DNA from: Cyanophora paradoxa CCMP329
Taxonomy: Eukaryota; Plantae; Glaucophyta
Length of the DNA stretch: 64,000 nt
Assembly (NCBI GenBank): GCA_004431415.1
Contig: QPMI01000416.1
Span: forward strand, 124,001 to 188,000
Direction: 5' to 3'
The notes under the pieces are model-generated. The model was not told the DNA's origin. It was given only the letters and a program-made list of their open reading frames with translations, and did not search any database. Shown here in pieces: positions 12,017 to 24,800 of the stretch; the stretch's first letter is position 1, and each line of letters opens with the position of its first letter. Made by a program: the position numbers and the translations under genes.

Positions 12017-13801
12017 ATGTCCAGGAAGCGCGCGCTGGCGGCTGGGTCGGAATCGCTGGAGGAGCGGCAAGCGGAGGCGCCGGCTTCATCGGGCGGCGCT
12101 TCGAGCGGTTGCAGTGCCGACCCCTTCGAGCGGCTGCCGGATGAGCTCCTCCGCAAGGTGCGCCGCAATCGGAATTCAAATTTAAATGCGCTCTGAGCTC
12201 GTGCGTGCGCAAGGTGTTCGGGGCGCTCGGTCCCGTGCAAACGTTCGAGGTCTGCCGCCTTCCGGCCGTCTGCAGGCGCTTCAGGGCGCTGCTAGACGGA
12301 TGCACGGCTTTCCCGGAGGTCGATTTGAGCGAGGAAGCGCTGGAGGCAGCCGGCGCGGCCGCGCGGAAGGAGCGCGCGGCCGTCGTCTCTCGCATGGCCG
12401 CACGCGCCTCCGCCGGGCGCGTCGCCGGCGTGCGGCACCTCCGCGCGTGCCTCCGCGGCGGGCGCGGCCCGTCCCTACTCGCGGCGCTGGCGCCCGGCTC
12501 TCCGGGCCTTGAGCGCTGCGAGCTCAGCGAGCCCGAGAAGGGCCCCCGGCCCGTGCGGCCCGCCGCGGAGCTCTTTGAGGACATCTCTCGCTTCCCCGCG
12601 CTCCGGCAACTGTCCATCGAATTCGCCACCGGCGCCAGCTACGGTGCCAGCCGTACCCCCCGCTGCTGACGCGTAACCCCACCCCTCCGGCCGCTGACGC
12701 GCGCCCGCCCGCTCGCCTCAGAGTGGCTGCGGGCACCGAAGGAGGTCCCCGCGCGCCTCGCGGCCCGCCCGCTGCCGCCCCTCGTCTCCCTCCACATCCG
12801 CGTACCCCTCGGCCTGGAGCCCAGGGTAGCCGCCCCCCTCTTCGCGGCCCTACCCTCCCTCCGGCGGGTATCCTGCTACTTCACGGCGGGGCCCGGGGGC
12901 GGCCTCGCGTCCCTCAGGGTGCGGTACCCCCCTGCATTCCACCCCCCCCCCGATTCAAAGCGAATATGACGAGAAACAGGACCTGGCGGGACTCGAAGAG
13001 CTGGTCGCGATCCGAAGCCCGAGCGGGGGACTGGCCGCACTAGCCGCCGGGCCGGCCGGCCGCTCCCTTCGTTCGCTCTCCCTTGCCCCTGGCAAGCCGG
13101 GGGACCTACTGGGGTACAGCCTACCCCCGTCCCTGCTCCCCGTCCTCCCCCGCTTTCCCCGCCTCGAGTCACTCCGCCTCACGGTACCCCCATTGAATTC
13201 ACCCCCCTCAGCCTTTTCTCACCTCTACCCCCAGGTGGACGATACGGAGGACTACGGGGGGGTACCGGAGGCGCTGCGAGCCTGCGGGGCGCTGCGGCGG
13301 CTGGACCTGACGGTGGGGGTACTGGGCGGAACCGGCCCGGGTGCAGGCGTCCCCGCGCTGCCCGCCCTGGCCGAGGGCCTGGCGGGAGTGCCGTCTCTGG
13401 AGGAACTTCACCTGACCCTCGTGGCCGTTACGGAGTCACCTGAGGACGGCCCCGCGGCGGCGCTCGTGCGGGCCCGCTCGGCGTCCCTCCGGTCCTTCCG
13501 GTTGCTGCCCGACACGCTGGACTGCCCGGTGCTGGGCCCCGCCCTCGCCGCCGCGCTCGCCGCGTGCCCTGCGCTCGAGCGCGCCGAAATATGCACCCGC
13601 GCGGACTCGAGCCGGGATCTCGACCGCCACGCGGCTCTTGCGGCCCTGGGGCCCCGCCTTGCCCTCGAGGTGCGGGCCCCCCTGGAGCTCTGGCCGGCCG
13701 CCCGCGCCCGCCTGTCCCTGCTCCTCCCCTCCGCACAAGTCCGCACTGCGCCGCTCCTTCCCACGGAGCTAGAGCCGGATCCGGCGCAGCCGGCGCCCTA
13801 G
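12017..13801 (+). CDS. F-box/LRR-like protein
   Basis: DPFERLPDELLRK|VFGALGPVQTFEVCRLPAVCRRFR (F-box), followed by LRR-like LxxLxL segments (LRQLSIE, LRRLDLTV, LEELHLTL). Confidence 0.8.
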
Positions 13802-13944
13802 AACCGAGTCGAAGTGTCCAGCGTAGTACAAGTACACGTGCAAAAACAGTTTACAAAGCCCGCGGCTTGGCCGCCGGGGCCGGCCGGGCCGCATGAAACT
13901 CACATCTACCTTCACAGTTGCGATCTAGACTAGTGAGCCATGTC

Positions 13945-15179
13945 CTAGTTGTTCTTCAGCTTGGACTTGGGGCTCCGGCCCTTGGCCGGGCCGGCCTTGC
14001 CCGCCTTGGAGCCCGCAGCGCCTGCCCCCTCTCCTTTCCCGGCCTTGCCCTTCGCTGCCGCGCCCGCGCCTGTACCCTTCTTCTTCTTCGCCCCGCCCCC
14101 GCCCTTCGTACCCCCCGACCGGCGGACCGGCCCCGCCTCCGCCTTGGGGGTAGACGAGGAACCAGCAGCCGCAGACTTCTGCGGAGTCCGTTAGGGGCTA
14201 GTGGGGTAAGAGCGGAAGGGGGGTACGCCGACCTCGGGCTGCGGAGGCCGCGCCGCGGCCATCGTGGTCTCTACCCCCTCCGGAATTGAGGGCATTCCCG
14301 CCCCTTCCTCCTCCTCTATTCCATCATCAACATCCTCCTCCTCCTCGTCCTCCTCCTCCTCGTCCTCCTCCTCCTCGTCTTCCTCTTCCTCTTCTTGTAC
14401 CCCTTCCTCCTCGTCCTCCTCCTCGTCCTCCTCATCTTCCTCCTCGTCTTCGTCTTCCCGGAAATCCGCCGCCAGGTCCTGAAGCGAAGTTCAGGCTTGT
14501 CCCGGGGTACAACGAATGCGGCGGGGGGTACGCGCGTGGACGGCCTTGTTGGAAGCCTTTCGCGCAGCCTCCACCGCGTCGGCCCCCTTTCCCAGCTCCA
14601 GCGTACCCCCTCGAAGCTGCAGGACAGGGGTGCGGACTCAGCGAGCAAGTGGGAGCAAGCCCCAGGGGGGTACAGCGCACCGCGGCCACGAACTGCCGCC
14701 GCTTCTCCCGCAGCTCGTCGAGCGCCTCCTCCCTGCCCGCCCCGGAGGGTACGCTGTCAACCTCCTCTGCCGCGGGGGTACGTGCAGGAATTATTTTCGG
14801 GCGCACGCGTCTGTGGGCTCGGCCTCCAGATCCTTGAGCAAGGCCGCCAGCTTGGATTCCGCCTCCGCCCAGCAACGGAACGCCGCAACCTCCTCGACGA
14901 CCTGGGTACAGGAAGCTGTCGGCAAGGGGGTACAGGGCGCGGGAAAGCAATGGGGCACCGCTGAGACAGGCTGACCAACGATACTGGACTGAAAAAGAGG
15001 GGGGGGGGGGGAAGGCAAGGATCAGGGCGGGGTGGGGGAAGATGTAGGGGGGTACGGCGGCGCACGAGCTCTCGGACGTCCGTAGCGGTGAGGAGGTGCG
15101 CTTCGGGCAGGTGCGCGCGCCTCGCCGCCAGCGCCGTGCGCAGCTCGCTCAGCCTGCGCGCGGGCGTCGCTGGCGCTCG

Positions 15180-15223
<44 letters not shown>

Positions 15224-16010
15224 GTGCGGTCCCGCGCGCACCACTCGGGGTCCGCGCAGAGCGGGCGGCTCGGGAAGCGGCGGTGCAGCCAGGCGCGCCC
15301 CACGCGGAGCCGCGCCGGCCGCAGCCGCACGTCGACGGCGCCGGCGTGCGCGCCCGGCGCCGACTCGCAGCTCAGCACGTCCAGAGAGAGCGTCCACTCG
15401 AAAGTCGAGACGACGGCGCGGCGGGCGCCCGGCCGCAGGAAGCGCGGCTGGAGCGGGGCGCAGGCGTCCGTCGCGTCGTCCTCCGTGTCCTCGTAGTCGG
15501 GATCGAGGTTGCAGTGCGCGTCGAGCTCCTCGGTCTCGCTCTCCTCCCCGTCGTCCTCCTCCTCTTCTTCTTCCTCGCCTCCCGTGCCCTGCGCGAAGCG
15601 ATGAGCGTCAGGCCGCATGTGTATTCTAAAGGGCGTGTGCGCGTGTGTGCGCGCGTGCGTGTGCGCGCCTTCGCCTGCCGGAGCTCGAGCGTGACCGTAA
15701 CGCCCCCGTCCTCGCCGCCGGCCTCGCGGTCGACCCGGAAGCGCGGGAGCGCGCCCGCCTCGTGGTCCTCCATCGGGGCGAACTCGAACACGTCCCGCGC
15801 GGCCGAAACGCACTTGAAGTCGACGCTGAGCGAGCCGCTCCCGTCCAGGTCGTCCAGGCAGTCGCCCTCCAGGACGACCCGCAGCCTCGCGCCGCCGGCG
15901 AGGAGGGACGCCTCCCACCAGAAGGCCGCCGACGCTGCGCGGGCACCGCCGCGGCCCGGCGGATCGGCGGCCGAGCTGGCCGATGTTGACGCCGGGTCCG
16001 GCTGCAGCAT
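13945..16010 (-). CDS. hypothetical protein with acidic tracts and Lys-rich C-terminus
   Basis: Long first exon from ATG at 16010 (WWEASLL...), canonical introns, D/E-rich tracts (~14330-14460, ~15540-15580), and C-terminus ...KAGPAKGRSPKSKLKNN*. Confidence 0.6.
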
Positions 16011-16370
16011 CGGTTCTTCGGGTCTCGAGTTCCCAGCAGCGCAACTAGTCCGCGCCTACTCTGGCTATAGCTAGCCAAGGAGCGCAGTGCTCATGCAGCA
16101 CACTGCTTGACTCCGAGCCAATACAGTCGGGGGTACTGGTTCTCTTCGGCTTCAAATTCGAATTCTCGGCCGGCTGCGGCGCGCGCTAAAGCTAGCTGTC
16201 CTGATTTCGCCGCGCAATGCGCCAGTGCACACGGCGCAGCGAGCCCCGTCGCCAACGTGAAGTGATACAAATACATACTTGCACACGCCCGGGGCCAACC
16301 AATCGCGGGGCCCTGCGAGCAAAAAGAAAGAAAGAGAGGGGAGAAGGTCCTAGTAGGAATCGAGCCGGCC

Positions 16371-19083
16371 TCATTCGGCGGGAGGTAAGCCCGCCGAGGA
16401 TGTCCGCAGAACTGGTCGCTCCTGCTGGACGCTGCGAACGAAGCGGCGTGCGAACGAAGCGGCGTGAGGGACGGCGCCGCGGGGTGGGCGGGGGGTGCGG
16501 GTCGCGCACCTTCGCGGGCTCATACCCCTGAAGCATCCTACGAGATCGAAGGAGGGGGGTAGGGCCGGACGCTGCGACCGCGGGTGGGTACGATGCAAGG
16601 CCGATGTCAGGGCGCGCGCAGGGGAAAGACCTTTGTGGTGCGGGGGGTAGTGGAATCGGCGGGTTCGGACGAGAAGAGGGAGCGGGGGGTAGAGGCGTTG
16701 GCGCGGGCGCCGCCGGCTGGGGTATGGGTCGCGGTGAGTCACGCGGAGCCCCGACGGGTTGGGCGGGGGCCGGGCCGCACCGACGGGGGTGAGGCGGGCG
16801 GGAAGGGGTCCCGGGTTGAGAGATGCAGCAGGGCTCAAGCTAGAAGACGACAGAGTGAGCAGCGCCTGGGATCGAGCCGGCGGGGGGTACTACGCACCCG
16901 GGGCTGCGGGGCGTGGGGGGCCCCACGGAAACGGGCACTGACTCGGCGCTGGCGGCGCTCTGAAGCGAAGAAGGGGTCGGAGGGGGTACAGGTGCAGCGG
17001 GATGGGGGGTACGGGGCGAACCAGAAGGGTAGGCTCCTTGAAGAAGTCGAGGGCGGAGGCGAGCTGCCGCTGCAGATCCTGGACCTGCCTCTCGAGCCGC
17101 GAAATCTGTACCCCGGACTCAGACAGGGGTACCCCTGACCCTCGTACGAGCTGGGGGTACCTCGTCATTCTTAGAGCGCGAGTTCGCCTGAAGGAGGTCC
17201 TGGAAGGCCTCTATGACGCGGTGCAGCTGGGGGTACGGCGTTAGGATCCGGGGGGTAGGCGGCGGCGACCGGGGGTACGCGCACGTCCTGGATGTACGCG
17301 TGCAGGTCCTCCTCGGAGGTCACCGAGCCGGGGGTACCGGGCGAGGAGCCCCGGGGGCGGGGCGGGAGGGGGGTAGGGGTGCCGGAGAGGGCCCGGTCGG
17401 ACTGGGTCACGTCCGGGAGGCGCCGGAAGCTCGCGGTAACCCCCGCCTGGAGCTCGAGAAACTTCCGTTCGTAGAAGCTCCACTCGTTTTTCTGCGGGCG
17501 GGGGTACCTGTTAGAACGGATCGGGGGTACGGGGTACGAGATCTGGGGGCCGCGCGCCTTCTGCAGCCGCTCGTTCGCGAACTGCTGCTCCGCTTGCCTG
17601 CGGGGGGTACCGGTGAGCGAGCGAGGGGGGGTACGAAGAAGGGAGCGGGCGCGGCGCGCCTGCACTGCTCTTGGGCCCGGACCAGCTGCGCCTGGAGGTT
17701 TGTTCTTTCGTCCTCCACCTTCCGCAGCTGCGGGGTACGCCCCGCGTCACTCTCCGGCGGAGGGGGGGGGGATGTCGGGGGGGAGGGGGTACGCTCGCCT
17801 TGTCCGTCAGCTCGATGCGGCGGCGCTTCTCCTCCTCTAGTTCTGTCTCGAGCTGCTCCCACTTGGCCCACTACCGCGCGGAACAGAAGAAACGTTCAGC
17901 GTAAGCGGAGGCGGAGGCGGCGGCGCCGCTCCGGGCGGGGCGCGGGGCACCGGGGCGTGCACGCACCGGAGTGGATAGGGGCGCCCCGTTCATTGTACCC
18001 GCGCGCGTGCGGCGCGTGGGGCTGGCGGGAGCCGGCCGCGGGCGCATCCCGGCGGACTCGTCGAGGATCGTGCGGATCTCCTCCTGGCTCTTGCCGGCCC
18101 GCGACAGAAGGATTTCGGCAATCTCCTTCTTGCCCTGCGCGGCGGCAGAGGCGAAGGCGGCCTCAGCAGGCGCGCGCGAGGACAGAGGCGAACCCGCGCG
18201 CCTTGCGGACGGCGAGCGCGGCCGCGTCCTGTCCCACCGCGTCCTTCAGGCGCGCGTTCGCCCCGTTGAGCAGCAGCAGCTTGACGGTCTCCGGCTGCGC
18301 GCGCCGGTGAGGCGCGCGCCTTTCGCGCTTCCTCGGCAAGCGCGGACGGGAAGCGCACCTGATCCTTACGGACCGCCCAGTGAAGCGCCGCGCAGCCGCT
18401 CGTGTCCCGCACCTGAGGGCGCCCTGCCCTCAGCCGCGCGAAGGGCGGGCGGGCGGGCAGGCGGGCGGGCGGAGCGCGCGTCAATGATCTTGCTGCTGTC
18501 CGGGTGGCGCAGGATTGTTTCCGCGACCGAGGCCTGCGCTGCCGATCAGAGGCGCGCCGGGCCGCGGCGCGGCGAACGCCGCACATGTCCCCAGATCACA
18601 GCGGAGTGCAGGCACGTCTGTCCGCGCGCGTTGCAGAGCTCCAGGTTCGCGCCTTTGGATAGGAGCAGCCGCACGGCAGCGTCGCGGCCCTCTCGCGCCG
18701 CCCTGCCCGCGGCGGCTGTGTCACCGGCCGCCTTTTGAAGCGCCCGGGGAGCGCGGCGGCGAGCGAACCAGTGCAGCGGCGTCGAGCCTTCTTCGCACGT
18801 CGTATCCGCCGACGTGCCACGCGTGATAAGCGTCTTGAGCACGCCGACGGAACCATACTGCGCCGCTCTGCAAAGCATACATTCCGAGTCAGTGACTTGA
18901 CACGTCGGCGCCGAAAGCAAGAGGCACATACACGTGGATCACGTTGCGTCCGTCCGTCTCGCTGTCCTGGAGAGAGCTGCCGATCTCCGAGTCCAGCAGT
19001 TCGACGGCCTTCTCATCATCGTCCTCGACGGCCGCGAGCAAGAGTGCGGCGCCCGGCTCCAGTTCGTCGTTGTCCGGATCCAT
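16371..19083 (-). CDS. ankyrin repeat protein with C-terminal coiled coil
   Basis: Exons encode DGRNVIH|xAAQYGSVGVLKTLI, EGSTPLHW|AAREGRDAAVRLLLSKGANLELCNARGQTCLHSAVIWGH, TSGCAALHWAVRKDQ, then E/R/Q-rich heptads. The 3' end is approximate. Confidence 0.85.
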
Positions 19084-21815
19084 CCCGAGGCCGCGCCAAC
19101 GCTCTCGGGGTACAGGCGTCGTCGCAAACCAGTTCGGCCACCGAGCGCTCCGCGGCGGTGCCTTGCGCTCATTACACTCGTCATCGCCAGCTGACAGGAT
19201 CGGATGCTGCTGCCGGCGGGGCGCAGTGCCTGCCGCTCTCAAAGCTGTGCGCCATCACTCGCCTCGGCGCCCGCCAACCGTTTATACAGGTTTCTGACGG
19301 CATGCAGGACATCCTACTCGACTGCAGCGCGCGTCGCGGGTCCCAGCTCGGCGGCATGCATATGCGCAGCTCGAGCTCGGCGGCGGCAGCGCCCGCGCGG
19401 CCGCAGCGTGTGTGCATAGGACCTGAAGAGGCTTCTTTAGCCCCGCGGAGGCGTCGCTGTTCATCATCAGGCAGTCGGCAGAGTCCTGGCCATGGCCGCG
19501 CGCCGGCGCCATGGCCGCGGCCTTGCCATGCATATGGCGCGCGGCCTTGCAATATATTAATCAATATTGCGCTCGAGCCCCTGTGACCGCGTCGCAGACA
19601 TGCATTTGTACAGCTGCAGCTGCAGGCCTAGGTGCTGCGCTGCAGCTGGAGATCGAGGCACGCATACGGATCGCTAGTGTCGAACCACGGCCGGACGCGC
19701 CGACGCCGACGCCGGTCCAGCGGCCTCGTGCAAAGGACGCCTCGTGCATCTTCTCTCCCGCGCGGCTCACACGATCCCGGCAGATGCTGTCTCCTTCTGT
19801 CGACGCGGCTGCGCGCCAGCGTGCTTGGGATTCATCATGAAGTCCAAAGCCCGCTCCCCGCTTAATAAAGCTTCCGCTGGGAGCTGCCAAAACTTGAAAC
19901 CCAAGGCGGCCCCCAAACCCTCCGCGCCTCGCCTCTACCCCCCTTCCCAACTCCGTTTCTTGTCCCCCCCCCCCTCCCCCCTTCCCCCGCCACCCTCCCC
20001 ACCCCCAGACTCGCCCCGCCCGCTCCTGATGAGCACATCTTCTTCCTCGCCACCTGGCCTCTTCCAGCCGCCGTACCCCCGGCCCGATCCTGACCCCAGC
20101 TTCCCAAATGCATTCATCGACGGCGGTTCCCCTCGTCCTTCCTCGAATTCTTCCGCCTTCCAGACGGTACACGTACCAGGCCGCCTCGCGCACGCGCGCG
20201 CGGGCGACCTTCGGAGCTCACCTGACCTTGCCTTGCCCGCAGGCCTCTGTACCCGCCTCGTGGTCCTGGGAGGGCGGCCCGTCTTTCGACGCCGGCGGTG
20301 ACCTGGAGTCGGAGAAGGGCCAGCGGTGGCCCCGATCGCGACGGGCGATCGGACGGGAGACGGGGAGGGGGGGGGGGGGGGCGCAGGAGGACGGGGCTAC
20401 GAGGATCTTCCCCGGGCCAACCCAAGCCCGAAGATAAGCTCGGTGCGCGCGCCAGCTGCGGGCGCTTCGGATTGACGCCGTACCCCCTCACTTCCCCCCC
20501 CCCCGGCCCGTTTCAGAAACGGGGCGCTTCTGTGCGGAGCGCCTGTACCCCCAAGCGCTCTTTCCTCGCTCTTCCTGGCGAGCATCTAATTATAACCCGC
20601 GGGGGTACGGTCCGATCGGGGCGAAGGAAGCCCAGTCGAGGCGCGAGGCGGAGCGGGAGCCCCGAGACATGTACACTTGTACCCCTCGCCGCTCCGGCGT
20701 GGCGGATTCAGTGCTCGATCCCCCTGCCCTTTCCTCCCCGTACCCCCCTCCCTCAGTCGGTGCTGGATCGATATCCCCATGCCCTGTTTTTTTCTCCTCG
20801 ATATCCTCCCCGTACCCCCTTGTTCAGTCCCGCGGAGTCCGGACCCTGTCTTTGACCGACCGGTATCCCCCTCATCTGCCCGTCCAGGTCGAAGCGCGCC
20901 CTTCGCGGGTCCCCCCGGTCCCTCCTACTCCCTCCTTCTTCCACACCCCCGGGCTTCTCGTTCCTTCGCCCCCTAGAAACCTGCTGTACCCTGCCTCCAC
21001 TCCGTCTCCGGCCTTTCTCTCTTGTGCCAATTCTGCCTCACGGTGCACCAACTCTTTTTTCGCGCACCAATAAATGTACCCCCTGCCGCTGCGCGCCCCT
21101 CGCAGCTGCAGTGTGTGTCCTTAGCCGGGTACTGGAGACTGCAGCTGTTTGCGAGGAGGCGCGCGCGCTATAGCTACCTCGAGGGGGGGGGGGGGGGGGG
21201 GGGAGGGGAGGGGGGGGCGCGGGAAGGGGGGCGGCGTTTGGACCTCGCTTGCTTCCGCCTTCTACGAACCCGCTGCTGCCCCGGAACTCGCTCAGTCCGC
21301 GTACCCCCTCCCGCCTGCTTCTTCCCCCTCCCCCGTCACACTCTTACCCGCCCCTTCCCCCTCCCCGCCTCACGCCCGCGGAACTCACCCCGAATCCCCC
21401 CCCCCCCCCCCCCCCGGAAGCCCCCCGCGCCCGCGATACTCCTGCGTACCCTCAAGGGCCTCCATACATTCGTGCCAGCGGAGCCCCGTACCCTCGGTAC
21501 CCCTGTCGCCAAGATAAAAACTTCGATTCTCTAGCTAAATCGATTAATTTAGATTTGGCTTACGCGGTCGGCCGGGCCGGGCACGGGAAAGGGCTGAGAA
21601 GGCGCTTCGCTGCAGCTGGACCCGGGCATATGCGCATGCTAAATATATATGATCATGAATATATAGGAATGAATATGGCTGTTGATATCGATATTGATGA
21701 CACGAACAAAAGTGCAATCGCAAGCCAGATTGCGGCAATATGTGTGCACACTAGATCTAAATATACCTCGCTACGCACACTAGATGCATTTGCTTCAAGG
21801 CTTGATCTAGGCTCA

Positions 21816-24800
21816 TCAAGCAGCCTCCGCGAGCGCGGCGACAGACGCCTGCCGAACCGGGCGCGACATCGACGTCGTCAGTGGGAACAGGGACCGGCGC
21901 GGCGAATTCGATCGCGATATCGATGAATCAGCAGATCTAGAACAAACGAAGGTGCTGCACCTCGAGCTCTGCCTCGCAGCACAGCGAGTCGAGGCTCTCG
22001 CTTTCGATGTCGACTTCCATTTCCTGCGCGGCGCGTGACCGGCCGCAGGCGGCGCGCGGGTCAGCCTGGCAACCGAAGACGAAGACAGTGCATGCCGAAG
22101 CGCGCCGTCGCAAGCCCACCTCGATATCGATCGCCGCGTCCTCCTCGACGGCTGCGACGTTCGCGTCCTCGTCGAGGCGGCTGTACGGCTGCGAGCACGT
22201 CGAGCTGAGCTTGCCGTCCGCGCCGATCTTGCAGCACTTGAACTTCCCAGTGCCCGAGTCGTAGACACGCGCGACGCGATCCGCGGGCCCCGAGTTGTTC
22301 CTGTCGCGGTGACCAGTCACGATAACACTTATAAAACATGGAACTAAGTTGAAAAGCGTTTTAACAGCGTTTGCAATGCATTAAATGTAACTGAAGTAAA
22401 GCACCTCTCGTAGTACTCGTCGACGTTGTATTCGGTATACCCCGACTGGAAATTACAGTGGCTCGCAGTCACGTCGCCGACGGGCGTCGCGGTCGCAAAG
22501 CGGATGGGTGTGAGCGTCGTGATTGTCCCGCCGGGCGCCCTTCCGGCCACAATATGTGCAGTGACCGTGTTGACGCCGTTCGCCCAAGAATCCACGATCG
22601 GGGGGCACGTGAAACTGGCTCGAATATTAATGACATATGCATGGTATCATGATCAGCCGAACGCAATTTCCAAGAAGTGCCGGGCAGCCAGCCGCTGAGC
22701 AGCACTGCGGAAAATGACGCACGGATCTTTGTTCTGAGCGTACGCGACAACATTGTTGCACGCCAGATCCGAACAGCATTCAGCAAGCCTCTGGCACGTC
22801 CCTGCGAGCGATCGCGAGCACAAAATAAGCCTGACAGACAGCCTGATTCGATATCGATGTTTCAAGTTTCGGATAAGGATTAGAGGAGAAGAAAAATGCT
22901 GCCTGAGTGCGGGTCCTTGTAGGCGCGGGCGTTCGAGTTCTTGCACATGGGTGTCCCGATGGCGCCGCCAACGCTGCATAAAACGCATCGAACATTCGTT
23001 TCGGAAGCCGCGGCCAGGGGTTTCATTTATACTTACTAGTTATAAAGCTTGGATCCACCGACAATGTCGTAGATACCTGCCCCCACATCCGTTCCAGGTG
23101 CACAATTGACGCTGGAAATTTAAAAGATTGCAATTAGTCTCTTTTCACAGTGGAAATTATGATCACTCAATCAGTTAATGAACATCACCTGGAGAAGCAG
23201 ATCTGCAAGTAGAATGGAGTGCGATAAGCAAACCGTGCGAAAATGAAAGGTAGACAGTTCGTGAATTGCATGAATGCTCATGCGCACCGGCACGCGGTTG
23301 ACGCATGTCCCGTTGTTGTTGTAGTACAGGAACTTGTTATCCGTTTCCAGGCCACAGTCGTCGCTGCAAGCGGAGCATTATGAGGGCTCGCGCTCGCGCT
23401 CAGATTCGAAATTTGCAGTCGCGTCCTTCTTGTTGCTCTCATGATTGCAGAGGTCATGATCATGATCAGAAACACATACTGGACTCACACTCGGTCGCCG
23501 ACAGACGTGGTAATGTCGTCGCCGGTGCCAGTACAATCACTGTACAGAATATATCAGCGGATAATCCATATTGTCTAGAATGCGCATGCGAGGACTAGTT
23601 CTAGATCTGCACTCGAACTCACGGTTTCTTATAGCAGATCTGCAGCACGCGTCAAAAGTTCATGATCAGTCGCTTCATTCGTTCATGTATCAAGGCTCAC
23701 GATAGGCTTCTTGCATTCGGAATTCCAAGAAATGTAGCTCTTGCACATATTTCCGTTTGCGTCTTTTCCGCAATTCCTGAAGTTGAAGTTATTATTATAC
23801 CCCTGAAGGCTGAAAGGCTGTCCGCTGCAGTCCTCTGTCGCAAAGGCATTCATCATTAGTACCAAGATGTCGATATGCACGTTGCAATGTATGCAATCTG
23901 CAAAGCACCTGTCATAAAGCATGCGCTGCGGAGAAAAGAAGAGATTACATATAATTAATAGAACTTCTTGATTGTCGAATTGCAAAAACGGGTTTAATTT
24001 CGGAGCGCACCCGCGAAGGGTCCTACAATCGGTGGTCCCATCGTCATTGGAGTTCTTGCCTGTGAAGAAAGTGCTAGAGCAACGGCCCGTCAACCATTAT
24101 ATTAGAAATGCGCAAGCATCGATATCCGAGACAAGATCACCTCGGGCAGTTTTCGGCGACGTTGGAGGTAATTCGTGTCCCAGGGTCGGAACAGTCCTGA
24201 AGAGTGAGTGACGTTGACTTTATTAGGCTCATGATCATGATCATGCATATTTCTTGCACAGTCACCTTGGTCATGTGGCAGGTCGCCTGCGCTCGCAAGA
24301 ATCGAAACGTGAGGCTGGGCATGCACATGCACGCATACTCTGCTGATTATTATTCTATTTTGGGGGAGGGATGGGGATCCGGAGGGAGGTGGGGTGGAAT
24401 GAAGGGGGGGGAAGAGAGGGGGGGGGGGCGGGGGGAGGGGGGGGACCCGGGAATCGGCACGGCGGCAGAATAAACTACACTGACAGTTGCGACGTCGATC
24501 AGGACGTCGACGCGCACCGTCTTCAAACACTTGGAGGAGCCACCGGCGCCGGCGAGGAAGCTCTGGGATCCAGCGGGGCATGTCACGTCTGTTTTCACTC
24601 CCCAAACGGAGCTCGACAGAGGCCTGCGCTCGAGATCGAGGTTCACGCATACGTAGCTGACTCTCTACGTATAGGTAGTCACAACGCACTTCTCGGAGCC
24701 GTACGTCGCCGCTCCAGAGCAATCAGCCTTCAAACAACCGCAAATTGAATCCAAATCAGTCATATGCATACGCAAAGCATCCTATAATAATTATATATAT

